Of a stretch of DNA of 64,000 nt, positions 47,313 through 58,081 are shown piece after piece. The stretch comes from Minisyncoccota bacterium (GTDB lineage Bacteria > Patescibacteriota > Minisyncoccia > Phycocordibacterales > VMEP01). A model generated the notes under the pieces. It was not told the origin of the DNA. It did no database searches and saw nothing but the letters and a program-made list of their open reading frames with translations. A program made the position numbers and the translations under genes. Positions within the stretch are counted from its first letter, which is position 1; each line of letters starts with the position of its first letter. The stretch is taken from assembly GCA_041661305.1 (NCBI GenBank), contig JBAZUR010000001.1, positions 387,684 through 451,683 on the forward strand. The letters run 5' to 3'.

Positions 47313-48077
47313 ATGAAATCACTCTTAAAAAAAATCCCGCTATTAAAATACGCTGTAATTTTTATTCGTATTTTTTCCGTAAAGCCGAATTTTTTTGAAC
47401 GCCTCCGCGCATTTATCCATTTTTTACTTGACTATCATCTATTTAAAAAAAGTGGGAAAAACAAGAACTACAAATTAAGCACTGAGGACTTATTTCCTAG
47501 AATTTACGACAAAACCACGTTAACCAATATTGACCCAATATATTTTCTGCAAAATACTTGGTGTGCAAAAAAAATTTTTGAAAATAAACCAACAAGACAC
47601 TATGACGTTGGGTCTCAGGCACTTATGGTTGGGATAATATCTCAATTTGTCCCAACAACGATGATAGACATTAGACCTCTCTCCATTTCACTTCAGGATT
47701 TATTTTTTATCAAAGGAAGTATTACGGAATTGCCTTTCAGGGATAATGAGATTACGTCTCTTAGCTCAATTTGTGTCCTCGAACACATTGGGCTTGGGCG
47801 CTATGGTGACCCTATAGACCAGTTTGGTTCAGAAAAATCAGCAAAAGAATTAATTCGCGTTCTTGCAGATAATGGCAATCTTTATATTTCTGTCCCAGTT
47901 GACACTGAAAATAAGATTTACTTTAACGCTCATCGCGCCTTTACCCGTGACTATGTTTTAGAATTATTTAAGCCATTAAAACTAGTTGAAGAAAAATATA
48001 TTTACGGAAATGACTTAATTAACGACTATTCCCCTACTAGAGGATTTGGAACTGGTCTATACCACCTTAAAAAGTAA
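47313..48077 (+). CDS. DUF268-like putative SAM-dependent methyltransferase
   Basis: HYDVGSQ...SICVLEHIGLGRYGDPID...ADNGNLYISVP is the DUF268 pattern. Confidence 0.45.
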   Translation: MKSLLKKIPLLKYAVIFIRIFSVKPNFFERLRAFIHFLLDYHLFKKSGKNKNYKLSTEDLFPRIYDKTTLTNIDPIYFLQNTWCAKKIFENKPTRHYDVGSQALMVGIISQFVPTTMIDIRPLSISLQDLFFIKGSITELPFRDNEITSLSSICVLEHIGLGRYGDPIDQFGSEKSAKELIRVLADNGNLYISVPVDTENKIYFNAHRAFTRDYVLELFKPLKLVEEKYIYGNDLINDYSPTRGFGTGLYHLKK

Positions 48078-48081
48078 TAAA

Positions 48082-48705
48082 ATGGAAAAGTCCGAAAACA
48101 CAAATATCTATCTCAAAAAAGAGTATAACCATAAGCCGAGGTGGTATAGCTATTATCATCAATATCAAAATATTTTTAATCAAAATCCCGAAAGTGTCCT
48201 AGAAATTGGAACCGGCAGTGGTATTACAGCCAAAATACTAAGGGAAAATAATATAAAGGTTGTAGCTATTGATAACGACCCAAAAACTAATCCGGATATT
48301 ATTGGTGATGTCCTTAAACTGCCCTTCGAGGATAATTCTTTCGACATGGCGGTAGCGTTCGAAATTCTGGAACATTTGCCTTTTTCATCCTTCTCTGTAG
48401 CTCTAAAAGAAATGAGCCGAGTTGCAAAAAAGAATGTTATCATTTCCATACCAGATCACGGAAAATCATTATTACGATTAACGTTCAAACTACCGTTCAT
48501 TAAAGAGAAAAACATGCAAATAAGAATTCCAGCTATTAATAACAAGAAATACTGGGCTCCGTGTGGACACCATTGGGAGATGGGAAATATTGACTATCCA
48601 TACAACCGGGTGGCTAAAGAAATAGAAAAAAGTGGTCTCAAAATAAAAGAAAGTTATATACCAAATGAGAGCGCCTGGACTAGATATTTTATTTTAAAAA
48701 AATAA
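48082..48705 (+). CDS. Class I SAM-dependent methyltransferase (the ORF-track start 48046 overlaps the upstream gene; Met at 48082 directly after the upstream stop is more likely)
   Basis: VLEIGTGSGITAKIL...LPFEDNSFDMAVAFEILEHL. Confidence 0.7.
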   Translation: MEKSENTNIYLKKEYNHKPRWYSYYHQYQNIFNQNPESVLEIGTGSGITAKILRENNIKVVAIDNDPKTNPDIIGDVLKLPFEDNSFDMAVAFEILEHLPFSSFSVALKEMSRVAKKNVIISIPDHGKSLLRLTFKLPFIKEKNMQIRIPAINNKKYWAPCGHHWEMGNIDYPYNRVAKEIEKSGLKIKESYIPNESAWTRYFILKK

Positions 48706-48706
48706 C

Positions 48707-49534
48707 ATGAAAAACTTTATAAAAAATATAACCCCACCACTCTTCTACGCACTTCTAAAAAAGCATTTAGTAAAACAGAGGGTATTTTCTCCTGAATGGG
48801 TTACTCTCACCTATAAGCCACTCAATGGCATAAAAATATTTTTTGATCCTAGCGGACCTTGGCAAAAAACGATCATCAACAACACGTACGACACATTTCT
48901 TTTTGACAGACTAACCTCGGAAGACTTGCGGGGGAAAGTAATTTTTGATATCGGTGCTCATATAGGATTCCACTCCCTATACTTCGCAAGACTTGTAGGA
49001 AGTACGGGCAAGGTATATTCTTTTGAGCCTAATCCAAAAAATGTAGAGAGGTTTGAAATTATATGTGCTAAAAATGATGACATAAAAAACATAATCAATA
49101 TATTAGGCGTTGCTGTTTCTAATGTTTTAGGGACAGAAGAATTCAGTATGAGTGACGACATTGAAAGCGGAAGGAGTTCTGGAGGATTTATTGATACAGC
49201 TGACACTATCTGGGAAAGGGGTGCGTTTAAACAAAGAGGATTTAAAGAAATAAAAGTAAGAACAGTTCCTATTGACCTTTTCAAGGGAGAGCTGGGGATA
49301 CAAGAAGCCCCTGATGTAATGAAAATAGATGTTGAGGGGGCTGAATCTCTTGTCTTAGCTGGCGCAAAAAACACCATTTTGTCTAAAAAACCACTAATTC
49401 TTATGGAAATTCACTCAATGCTCAATATGTTTAATGTGGTATCTTTTCTCACCTCTATTTCCTATGAGCTAAAAATTATAAAAGAAGAAACGGACGGACG
49501 ATGTTTTATAGAAGCTCGCTATAAAAACAAATGA
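48707..49534 (+). CDS. FkbM-family methyltransferase
   Basis: VIFDIGAHIGFHSLYFARLVGSTGKVYSFEPNPKN. Confidence 0.7.
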   Translation: MKNFIKNITPPLFYALLKKHLVKQRVFSPEWVTLTYKPLNGIKIFFDPSGPWQKTIINNTYDTFLFDRLTSEDLRGKVIFDIGAHIGFHSLYFARLVGSTGKVYSFEPNPKNVERFEIICAKNDDIKNIINILGVAVSNVLGTEEFSMSDDIESGRSSGGFIDTADTIWERGAFKQRGFKEIKVRTVPIDLFKGELGIQEAPDVMKIDVEGAESLVLAGAKNTILSKKPLILMEIHSMLNMFNVVSFLTSISYELKIIKEETDGRCFIEARYKNK

Positions 49535-51225
49535 AAACATTAAAAAATATTCTCTTAGGCGGGTTCTTTGTTTTTATTGTTTTTGTTTTTTTATACCCAA
49601 ACCCATTTGGTAACAACCCTGACATAATTGCCGACGAAAGCTATTTCCTTACAAGCTCCCTTTCTGCAATTGAAAAAATAACTCTTCCTGGATGGGAGTT
49701 CTCGCAATCTGGTAATTACTATGGCGGAGTACAAACGTATATAGATTATTTTGTTTTAATACCAGTGCTCGGGGTCATCATGGCCTCTCATGATTTCTCT
49801 GTTATCTCAACCAAGCTTTGGGTTGCGTTGAACACTGGGGAACTCCTGCACATTCTTCGAATTGTAAATGGGTTACTTATGGTAGGTGCAATCATAGGAT
49901 GTTATTTTTATTTTTCAAAGAGAAACATCCCAAAAAAATTATCTCTTACTCTAATTCTTTTTCTATTTTTATTACTAAGCAATGTCCTCATCATACAATT
50001 TTTTCATACAGCAAAAATATGGGGTGTTTATATAATCATAACCTCAATAATAAGCGCCTTGTTCATTGCAAATGAATATTATTTAACAAACTTCAAAGAA
50101 CCATTTATTAAAAAAGAGAAATGGATACTACTTTTGGTTTGGAGTAGTGTGTTTCTTTTCTTCCAGAATTATGTAGGAGCAATATCAATTTTTTTGATAA
50201 CAATATACGCGCTCCTGTTAGAGCACTTAAAAATATCGGATTTACTTAATTATTTAAAAAAATACTGGTACCTAATAATTCTGTTTGCATTAACACAAAT
50301 ATCATTCATACATAGAGCAATCTTTTTGAATTGGCTAACTGGGTCATTTGCCCAAATAATAGTCACTAACCAAGATGGTCAAACTGACTGGTTTTTGCGT
50401 TTATACAATCCGCTACTTTTTACAATAAAAAGTCACCCGCTTGTGGTGTTACTCTTTGTAGTGAGTGCCATTTGTTTATTTTTTTCTATATCAAAAAATA
50501 AACAAATTCTGCTAGATAAAAGAAAAGTGGTTTATTTATCCATGGCGTTAGCGCATCCATTTTTAGTCTATTTAATTTTCCATGTCGCAATAGGATTCAG
50601 TTTTACTATGAGGTATGCCATATTTTTGACGCTTGCATTAGCTTTTTCTTCAACAATTTTGTTAAGTGAAGCCAGGCTAATTTTAGTAAAAATATCACTG
50701 GGTTTAAGTGCGCTTTTGTTTTTCATAATAGGTATACACTCCATCCCTCTTTATTGGCATGAATCTTCGGAGATGACATTATTAAAAACAATAGAGAAAA
50801 AATATAATTCCCCAACAAATGTTTTTATTGAAAAACCAGACGCCCTACACCTCACCCTTCCAATAAACGCTGACTCTCTTTCTTTGTTGAACAAAAAAAG
50901 ACAGAGTATGGGTCGTTTTCAATTCTTGTCACAAAACCAAGATTTACTACGAGATAACGTTTCTTTCAAACCCTTAACGCTTATTACATATAGCGAAGAA
51001 GAGCTAAGCGACTCATTAGCACATTTCCAAAAAAAAGATGTCTCTGTTTGGACCATAACAACAAATTGCAATAATTTATGCACATACCAAGAGTTAACGA
51101 TGCAAACTTGTTTTGAGGTTCGTACAAACGCCTGTGGTACTGCCCCACAAGAAATAAATCTTTTAGCACAGTTTCTTTCATCAAAACAACTTGGACATTC
51201 TTATGTTGTCCGCAAAATACAATAA
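49531..51225 (+). CDS. Large polytopic membrane protein (564 aa, at least 10 TM); candidate glycan polymerase / membrane glycosyltransferase
   Basis: Hydropathy only; no motif was recognised. Confidence 0.4.
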   Translation: MKTLKNILLGGFFVFIVFVFLYPNPFGNNPDIIADESYFLTSSLSAIEKITLPGWEFSQSGNYYGGVQTYIDYFVLIPVLGVIMASHDFSVISTKLWVALNTGELLHILRIVNGLLMVGAIIGCYFYFSKRNIPKKLSLTLILFLFLLLSNVLIIQFFHTAKIWGVYIIITSIISALFIANEYYLTNFKEPFIKKEKWILLLVWSSVFLFFQNYVGAISIFLITIYALLLEHLKISDLLNYLKKYWYLIILFALTQISFIHRAIFLNWLTGSFAQIIVTNQDGQTDWFLRLYNPLLFTIKSHPLVVLLFVVSAICLFFSISKNKQILLDKRKVVYLSMALAHPFLVYLIFHVAIGFSFTMRYAIFLTLALAFSSTILLSEARLILVKISLGLSALLFFIIGIHSIPLYWHESSEMTLLKTIEKKYNSPTNVFIEKPDALHLTLPINADSLSLLNKKRQSMGRFQFLSQNQDLLRDNVSFKPLTLITYSEEELSDSLAHFQKKDVSVWTITTNCNNLCTYQELTMQTCFEVRTNACGTAPQEINLLAQFLSSKQLGHSYVVRKIQ

Positions 51226-51235
51226 ACCCGACACC

Positions 51236-52306
51236 TTAAACTTTAGCGATTCTAAATATAAACTTTTTGTTAACAAAAAAAGTAATTACTGCAAGACCCA
51301 ATGAAATTATTATTTGAGATGTGGCATACCAAATATGCAGGTAGTCTACAAAAACATATAACAATAAAGTATTTAAAAATAAATTAATTAATATCTGGAG
51401 AGCCAAAAAAGATGGAGCTTCCATGTATATACGACCTTTTTTTGTGCCAAACGTCCAAAATTTCTGAAAAGTGAAGTTCACAACAACCGCAATAAAAAAA
51501 GCACAAATAGATGAAGCCAGGTAATAAACACCTAAAATACTTGTAAAAAAATATAGAAAAAAAACATTAACAACTAAGGCCACCCCACCAACAATACTGA
51601 ACTTAAAAAACTGCCAATACTTCCCTGACCTAACTTCTATCATTGCCAACAAAGCCTTAAGTCCGTGCCGCCAATTAACCTTTTTCCCTTCCTCGCGACT
51701 TCTTGGAAAATAGTTTATTGGGACCTCAACAACATTACCAAACTTAAATAATTCATAAGTTAAATAAACAGCATCAAAAACAAACCCATCTTCTTTCCAC
51801 TGCAACAATCGACTAATAGCCTGTCGAGGAAACAACTTGTAACAAGTTGTTATATCCGTAAACTTACTACCAAAAAATAGATTGAAAACGTTGGTTAAAA
51901 ACTTACTACCGTAAAAATACACAAAACTATAACGCTCATTTTTTTGACGCAATCGCGAACCAAAAACAATCTGATGCTTTTCATCTAGGGCTCCGACCAT
52001 TCTTTGATAGTCACTGGGGTCATACTCAAGATCGGCATCTTGAATTAAAACAAAGTCCCCTGTTGCTCTTTCTAGTCCACTTTTTAAAGCCGCACCCTTG
52101 CCTCCGTTTTTTGTCCTTAATACTATGGTGTGTATTTGAGAATATTTGTTTATCTTATCCTTTGTTTCGTCGCTTGAAAAATCATCCACAATGATTATTT
52201 CCCTCTGCCAATTTGATGGTAAATAGGCCGCCTCAACGCGTTCTATAATTTGATCTATTGTCTTTTCCTCGTTGAAGCAAGGGATAATAATGGAAAGCTT
52301 AGACAT
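51236..52306 (-). CDS. GT2 glycosyltransferase (polyprenyl-phosphate sugar synthase-like) fused to a C-terminal GtrA-like 4-TM domain
   Basis: LSIIIPCFNEEKTI...IIVDDFSSDETKD, and C-terminal TM helices (the GtrA pattern). Confidence 0.75.
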   Translation of the reverse strand: MSKLSIIIPCFNEEKTIDQIIERVEAAYLPSNWQREIIIVDDFSSDETKDKINKYSQIHTIVLRTKNGGKGAALKSGLERATGDFVLIQDADLEYDPSDYQRMVGALDEKHQIVFGSRLRQKNERYSFVYFYGSKFLTNVFNLFFGSKFTDITTCYKLFPRQAISRLLQWKEDGFVFDAVYLTYELFKFGNVVEVPINYFPRSREEGKKVNWRHGLKALLAMIEVRSGKYWQFFKFSIVGGVALVVNVFFLYFFTSILGVYYLASSICAFFIAVVVNFTFQKFWTFGTKKGRIYMEAPSFLALQILINLFLNTLLLYVFVDYLHIWYATSQIIISLGLAVITFFVNKKFIFRIAKV

Positions 52307-52311
52307 AACTT

Positions 52312-53286
52312 TTGCAGTATATCATCACTTTTAGACATGGTATATTTAACAGAATGAAAAAAATTATAATACTCAGAACCACAGGGAATGAGCTATCTAA
52401 CCAACTTTGGAACTACGTAAGTGTCTACGCTTATTCTCTTGAGAAAAATCTAAAACTAAAAAATTATTCCTTTTTCGAATACGGAAAATATTTCACCACA
52501 CCAACACCAAATTTATTTTTTAAGTTATTTTTCTTCCTTCCATTCACTAACTACACAAAACGAAAATCATCCTTAAAAAGAAGGCTCTGGCGCAAGGTAT
52601 ACGAATACTATGCAAGAATAATCATTTTAATACACGAAAAATCAATTATTGTTTCTGATAACAACGAAAACAAACCATTTTATCTTCCACCAACAACCGA
52701 GAACGAAAAGCTATCCATTCTTGAGAAATCAAACAACACAATTTACTTTGATGGGTGGCTTTTCCGTAATCCTGCCGGTATTCAAAAATATTACGAGAAA
52801 ATACTAGAATATTTTAAACCACGGAAAGACATTGAAGATAATGTAAAAACACGAATAAAAAATATACGAAATAGTTTCAAGAACGTCATAGGGATTCATA
52901 TTCGCCAAGGTGATTACAAAACATGGCGTGGTGGGGCTTATTTTATTCCACAAACAAGAGTCCGCGAAATTATTGATGAGTATTTAAAAGTCTCCGAGAA
53001 TAATGCCTCCGAAACATATTTTATTATCACCTCTGATGAACCAGTTGATATTCCCCTATTTAGCGGTTTAAACGCCTCCATCAGCAAAGAAAATGCTGCA
53101 CACGACCTTTTCTTGCTTTCTTCAACTGACGTTGTAATTGGCTCAAATAGTACTTTTGGAGCTTTCGCCTCTTACTACGGAAACATTCCCTTTATTGTTA
53201 TGCAAAAAGAACAAATTGACTGGAGTTATTACCAAGACAAAAAGTCTTATTTCGAAAATAAATACTGCACGATGGTGCACTATTAA
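52312..53286 (+). CDS. GT11-like (alpha-1,2-fucosyltransferase family) glycosyltransferase; the start is more likely Met at 52354
   Basis: ILRTTGNELSNQLWNYVSVYAY (GT11 motif I-like), and IGIHIRQGDY (the GT11 HxRRGDY motif). Confidence 0.55.
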   Translation: MQYIITFRHGIFNRMKKIIILRTTGNELSNQLWNYVSVYAYSLEKNLKLKNYSFFEYGKYFTTPTPNLFFKLFFFLPFTNYTKRKSSLKRRLWRKVYEYYARIIILIHEKSIIVSDNNENKPFYLPPTTENEKLSILEKSNNTIYFDGWLFRNPAGIQKYYEKILEYFKPRKDIEDNVKTRIKNIRNSFKNVIGIHIRQGDYKTWRGGAYFIPQTRVREIIDEYLKVSENNASETYFIITSDEPVDIPLFSGLNASISKENAAHDLFLLSSTDVVIGSNSTFGAFASYYGNIPFIVMQKEQIDWSYYQDKKSYFENKYCTMVHY

Positions 53287-53287
53287 T

Positions 53288-54433
53288 TTACTCCTTAGCT
53301 CGAATGAAATTTATTATTCTTTCCGCTCTCTTGTCCCAAGTGTGAAGTAAAACGTCATCGTAAGCCCTATCCGTTATATCCATAACTAAATTTTCTCCAT
53401 CAAGCGCCTTTTTTATTCCAATAGCCAATGCTTCAGAATTATCTGGCAAAACAATAATTGCATTCTCGTTATTTACGATTTCTCGTATTGAAGGGATATC
53501 TGTTGCAACTATTGGTCTCCTGCTTGCCATATACTCAAAAAGTTTCATTGGGGAAGTATAGTATTTTGAGATGTCTTCTTTTGCGGTGTTTGGTAGAACC
53601 AAAACATCAGCAGATTTTTGCCACAAAGGAATCTCTGAGTGATCTTTGTGTCCAACAATTAATATATTTTTATTGTTTCCGTATTTTCCTTTAAACATAC
53701 TAACGTCCTCATCTGTTCCCCCGATAAAAATTATCAGGCAGTCTTTTGGAAGAATTTTCCCTGCTTCTGCTAAGGTATCCACTCCTTTCCACAAATACAG
53801 GTGTCCTGTGTATGCAATAATTTTTTTATCTTTTGGTAAGCCTAATTTTTCTCGCGCCTCTTCTTTGCTTACCGAGATGTCAAAATCACCAACCTCGACA
53901 GCGTTACGCTCGCATATTATTTTTGCCCTATCTATGCCAAATAATCGCACCACTTCCTCTGCTTTCCATTTGTTTGTTACAAGGAGATACTTAGCTCGGC
54001 AAAACAACGCCCTGTAAAAAAAACTTTTTCCTTCTGGGAAATCATGTAATTCATATAATGTGTTCGGGAAATAAAAAGTTGAAAAAATAACTGGCAAAGA
54101 TTCATTTGAATATATTAGATCTTTTCTACCTGCCTTAAACAAAAGATAAATGAAGCTAATAAATGAGAAAACGATAAAACTTATTTTAAAAATTAAATTC
54201 TTGAAGAAAGGAACCCCAAAAAAATCAATTGTTGGTAAATAAACTACATTAAAATTTTCACTTAAATCATAGTAAGAAAAAGGGTTGGACTTACTCCTCC
54301 CCAAACGTCTTGGAACAAGCAAGGTCACCGAAAAACCACTTTTTCCAAAAGCTTCACATTCCTTTGCAGCGAAAAGAGAAGCCGCTTTTTCGCTAGGAAA
54401 ACGACCGTGGAAGATTAAAAATAGCCTTTTCAT
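53288..54433 (-). CDS. Glycosyltransferase family 4
   Basis: GT-B C-terminal domain with the E...E motif (FEYMASRRPIVATDIPSIREIV). Confidence 0.75.
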   Translation of the reverse strand: MKRLFLIFHGRFPSEKAASLFAAKECEAFGKSGFSVTLLVPRRLGRSKSNPFSYYDLSENFNVVYLPTIDFFGVPFFKNLIFKISFIVFSFISFIYLLFKAGRKDLIYSNESLPVIFSTFYFPNTLYELHDFPEGKSFFYRALFCRAKYLLVTNKWKAEEVVRLFGIDRAKIICERNAVEVGDFDISVSKEEAREKLGLPKDKKIIAYTGHLYLWKGVDTLAEAGKILPKDCLIIFIGGTDEDVSMFKGKYGNNKNILIVGHKDHSEIPLWQKSADVLVLPNTAKEDISKYYTSPMKLFEYMASRRPIVATDIPSIREIVNNENAIIVLPDNSEALAIGIKKALDGENLVMDITDRAYDDVLLHTWDKRAERIINFIRAKE

Positions 54434-54613
54434 CCCATTAGAAACAGAAGGCGTCCTTAAGCAACGCTTCCACGGTTATTCTAATAAAAGTAATATTTGT
54501 CATTGAATCTTTATAAAAAATATACCCATACACGGCAAAACTGTTCATGTTTCTAACGGGACAAGTGCGAGTCTGATTGTATCAAATTAGATGATATACT
54601 TGAAGCCAAAATA

Positions 54614-55663
54614 ATGAAATTTCTATACGTAAACACTGGTAATAAATACGCCCCCGACAAACACCTTCTAGACGGCCTTAGGGAAAATGGGCACGAAATT
54701 TTTGAATTAATTGTGAATGAAACAGGGTTAAGTAAATATATAAATTTTGTGCGCCGTTTCCGGAAAGAAAAACGCACATTGGATGCGGTTGTTATTGGAT
54801 ATGGTTTGCCGTTTTTAATACCATTCGCTCGAATAATGACTAGAAAAGATGTAATCTTTAATGCTGTTTCTTCGCAGTACGAAGCAAACGTAATATCAAG
54901 AAATGTAAACACCCCTATATCGTTCGGGGCACTAAAATGGTGGTTAATCGACTTTATTTCGTTTCATCTTTCGTCTAAGGTACTTCTTGAGAGTAGTGCT
55001 CAAATTAATTTTATTCACAAATTTTTTCTTATATCAGAAAAAAAACTTATACTTTCACGAATGGGGGTTGATGAGGAAATCTTCTTCAAAGATAATTCTA
55101 TTCAAAAAAATAAAAAATTTACTGTATTGTTTAGAGGGAGATTTCTTCCGGAATCTGGAATACTCACTGTCATTGAAACAGCAAAGAAACTGGAAAACCA
55201 AAATGTAGAGTTTCTTATTGTTGGACATGGATTCATGTATAGAGAAGTTAATGCGCTAATGGAAAAGCTTAAGCCAAAAAATATCGAGATGGTACACGAA
55301 AGATTGGGTGATGACGAGCTAAGAAATCAAATGCTTTCTTGTCACATAAGCCTTGGGCAACTTGCGGACCACCCACGCCTCCTTCGTACCCTTCCTGCAA
55401 AATTATACGAGAGTTTAGCATTAGGTCTCCCTTATCTCACAGGCAGAAACGCTGGTGTATTTGAGATATTAAAAGAAGACGAAACCTGTATTGCCGTTGA
55501 ACCAAACAACCCAGATGATTTAACGAAAAAAATACTGTATCTAAAAGAAAAACCTGAAATACTTAGCCAAATATCAGAAAACGGGTATAAACTTTACAAA
55601 GAAAAACTTACGTCAAAAAAACTAGCACAAGACTTTATTTCTAATTACCTAAAAAACAAATGA
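54614..55663 (+). CDS. Glycosyltransferase family 4-like
   Basis: C-terminal KLYESLALGLPYLTGRNAGVFEIL. Confidence 0.6.
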   Translation: MKFLYVNTGNKYAPDKHLLDGLRENGHEIFELIVNETGLSKYINFVRRFRKEKRTLDAVVIGYGLPFLIPFARIMTRKDVIFNAVSSQYEANVISRNVNTPISFGALKWWLIDFISFHLSSKVLLESSAQINFIHKFFLISEKKLILSRMGVDEEIFFKDNSIQKNKKFTVLFRGRFLPESGILTVIETAKKLENQNVEFLIVGHGFMYREVNALMEKLKPKNIEMVHERLGDDELRNQMLSCHISLGQLADHPRLLRTLPAKLYESLALGLPYLTGRNAGVFEILKEDETCIAVEPNNPDDLTKKILYLKEKPEILSQISENGYKLYKEKLTSKKLAQDFISNYLKNK

Positions 55664-56811
55664 AAATTTTTGTCATTGGAACAATAGACAACAAAGGTGG
55701 AGCAGCTAATATATCCTGGGAGCTTCGAAAGAGACTAAAAGTTGACGGCCACTCTGTTCCAACATTTGTACGCTATAAATATTCAAGCGAGCCAGATGTT
55801 TTTGTTATACCAAGAAAACGTTATCAAGACTGGCTCGTTAAACTTTTTGCAAACGATCTTACTTTTGCCAAAACAGACTATCTTTTAGAAACAAAAGAAT
55901 TCAAGGAGGCGGATATTGTTCATTGCCATAACCTACATAGTAATTTTTTTAACCTTTCTACTCTACAAAAAATGTCGCTCCAAAAACCAGTTGTATGGAC
56001 AATGCATGATATGTGGGCATTTACTGGCTTCTCGAGTAATAGTGCCACTCTCAAAAATCCAAATAAGAAAAAATTTTTACTTTATCTTTGGGATAATACT
56101 TCTCGTCTTTTGGATACAAAAAAGAAGATATACGAGAAATCAAAAATTAATGTAGTCGCTGTGTCTGATTGGATTAAAAAAGAAATGGAAAAAAGCATCC
56201 TCCGCAATCAAACAATTATTCGTATTTATAATGGTATAGACACGGAAATATTCAAACCCCACGAAAAAAGCTCAACAAGGAAAGAACTTGGCCTTCCTAT
56301 TGATAAAAAAATTATTGCTTTCGGCATAAAAGGCTGGGGGGACTCAAATAAAATCGTAGATGACTATACTAATGACGAAAGCGTCTTTTTTATAGCTATC
56401 GGCCACTCAAACATAAAAACTGATAATAAAAATTATAAGTCGCTCCCCAAAACACAAGACAGAGAATTATTTGCGAAATATCTTTCCTGCACAGACGTTT
56501 TTCTACACCCCACACCAGAAGACTCTTTTGGTCTTATAAGTGCTGAGGCTATGTCATGCGGGGTCCCTGTGGTTACTTATGACATAGACGCTCTCCCTGA
56601 AATAGTGACTCACAAGGAAACAGGTTATGTTGCAGAATATAAAAATATAGATGATTTAAAAATGGGAATTAATCACATTTTAAATCTTTCAAAAGAAGAC
56701 TACTCCGCGATGAGCACAAAGGCGAGAGAAAGAATAATTAATAATTTCTCTCTAGAAAAAATGTATAAGGAATATCTTTCTTTGTATAAAAATCTACTGA
56801 ACAAAAATTAA
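55660..56811 (+). CDS. Glycosyltransferase family 4
   Basis: EDSFGLISAEAMSCGVPVVTYDIDALPEIV. Confidence 0.8.
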   Translation: MKIFVIGTIDNKGGAANISWELRKRLKVDGHSVPTFVRYKYSSEPDVFVIPRKRYQDWLVKLFANDLTFAKTDYLLETKEFKEADIVHCHNLHSNFFNLSTLQKMSLQKPVVWTMHDMWAFTGFSSNSATLKNPNKKKFLLYLWDNTSRLLDTKKKIYEKSKINVVAVSDWIKKEMEKSILRNQTIIRIYNGIDTEIFKPHEKSSTRKELGLPIDKKIIAFGIKGWGDSNKIVDDYTNDESVFFIAIGHSNIKTDNKNYKSLPKTQDRELFAKYLSCTDVFLHPTPEDSFGLISAEAMSCGVPVVTYDIDALPEIVTHKETGYVAEYKNIDDLKMGINHILNLSKEDYSAMSTKARERIINNFSLEKMYKEYLSLYKNLLNKN

Positions 56812-57428
56812 TCCTTCTTCGCAACAACAAAATATCCTAAGGGTATTCTTTTGCTTACATTTCTATACCTTTTAGACATCTTAAAAAATAACAAATCTAC
56901 AAAAACTGCGATATTTTTGAAAAAACTCTTAAGAAAACTTGGCAACATTCCAGAGACAGACTGATAAATCATAGAAAATAACCCCAGTCCGATTTCTTCT
57001 ATTTCCACATTCTCAAATCCGTTTTCTTTAAGCATTTCTTCTATTGCAGAACGAGTATATCTAAAATAATCATCGGGGCTACCGTGGATATGGTGCATAA
57101 ACGGAACTGCGAAAATAAATATTCCGCCATTCTTAAGAACACGGAAAGTTTCTGATACTACATTATTAAATTTATAAACATGCTCCAAAACGTTCATGCA
57201 CAAAACCGCATCAAATTTATCATCTTCAATTGGAAAAATTTTTTGTATATCAAAAACCATATCACACCCATATTCCGCACTAATATTAACCGAGGTAAAA
57301 GAATGTTTGCCTCTTATAAGGTCGTGATACTCGGAGTTAAAATTACCACCTAAATCAAGAATGATGCCGTCAACTGAAATGGACTTCAATTTTTTATACT
57401 CCCCATCTCTAATTATTGAATAAGTCAT
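56808..57428 (-). CDS. Class I SAM-dependent methyltransferase
   Basis: ILDLGGNFNS...DAVLCMNVLEHV...LKNGGIFIF. Confidence 0.7.
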   Translation of the reverse strand: MTYSIIRDGEYKKLKSISVDGIILDLGGNFNSEYHDLIRGKHSFTSVNISAEYGCDMVFDIQKIFPIEDDKFDAVLCMNVLEHVYKFNNVVSETFRVLKNGGIFIFAVPFMHHIHGSPDDYFRYTRSAIEEMLKENGFENVEIEEIGLGLFSMIYQSVSGMLPSFLKSFFKNIAVFVDLLFFKMSKRYRNVSKRIPLGYFVVAKKD

Positions 57429-57439
57429 TTAGTGTACGA

Positions 57440-58081
57440 TTATTTCTTCTCTAATTTAACAACAAAAGAAAGCGCAAAAAGTGATGGCCAAATCTTGGTC
57501 ATAAATCTTAATATTACTCCAACCAAAAAATAATCCTGCCAAAATGTATTCATTCGTATCTCAACTAAACTAAGTCCACTCTCTTTTGTCATCTTTCTTA
57601 AACCGCTGTAATTAAACCAGTATATATGCCCTTTGTTCGGCTTATTATTTTCTGGAATCGCGCCAAATAGCGTTTGAATACGAGCAGGCAACGAACTAAA
57701 ATTTGGAACACTTACTACAACGTATTTTTTTGATACACGGGTAGCCTCTCTTAAAAGAATTTCTGGGGTGTAAAGATGCTCCAGAAGATCGAGTATAGAA
57801 ACCGTATCAAATGTATTATCTGGAAATGGAATTTTGTTATTAAAATCAAAAACAGTAGCCTCAATACCCCTGTCTCGCGTCTTACTTATTCCCTCTTCTG
57901 AAATATCAAGGCCATTACCTTTTATCCCCTTTTCTTTCAAAAGAGACAAGAACAACCCGTCCCCAGAACCAAGATCAAGAACTATCCCGCTATCAATCAT
58001 CGAAAGAGCTGCTTTGTGACGAAAGCAAACAACCTGCACATCTTTAGACCATCTATTGTTTTCAAATTGTTTTACACTCAT
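57440..58081 (-). CDS. Class I SAM-dependent methyltransferase
   Basis: VLDLGSGDGLFLSLLKEKG...FDTVSILDLLEHL. Confidence 0.75.
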   Translation of the reverse strand: MSVKQFENNRWSKDVQVVCFRHKAALSMIDSGIVLDLGSGDGLFLSLLKEKGIKGNGLDISEEGISKTRDRGIEATVFDFNNKIPFPDNTFDTVSILDLLEHLYTPEILLREATRVSKKYVVVSVPNFSSLPARIQTLFGAIPENNKPNKGHIYWFNYSGLRKMTKESGLSLVEIRMNTFWQDYFLVGVILRFMTKIWPSLFALSFVVKLEKK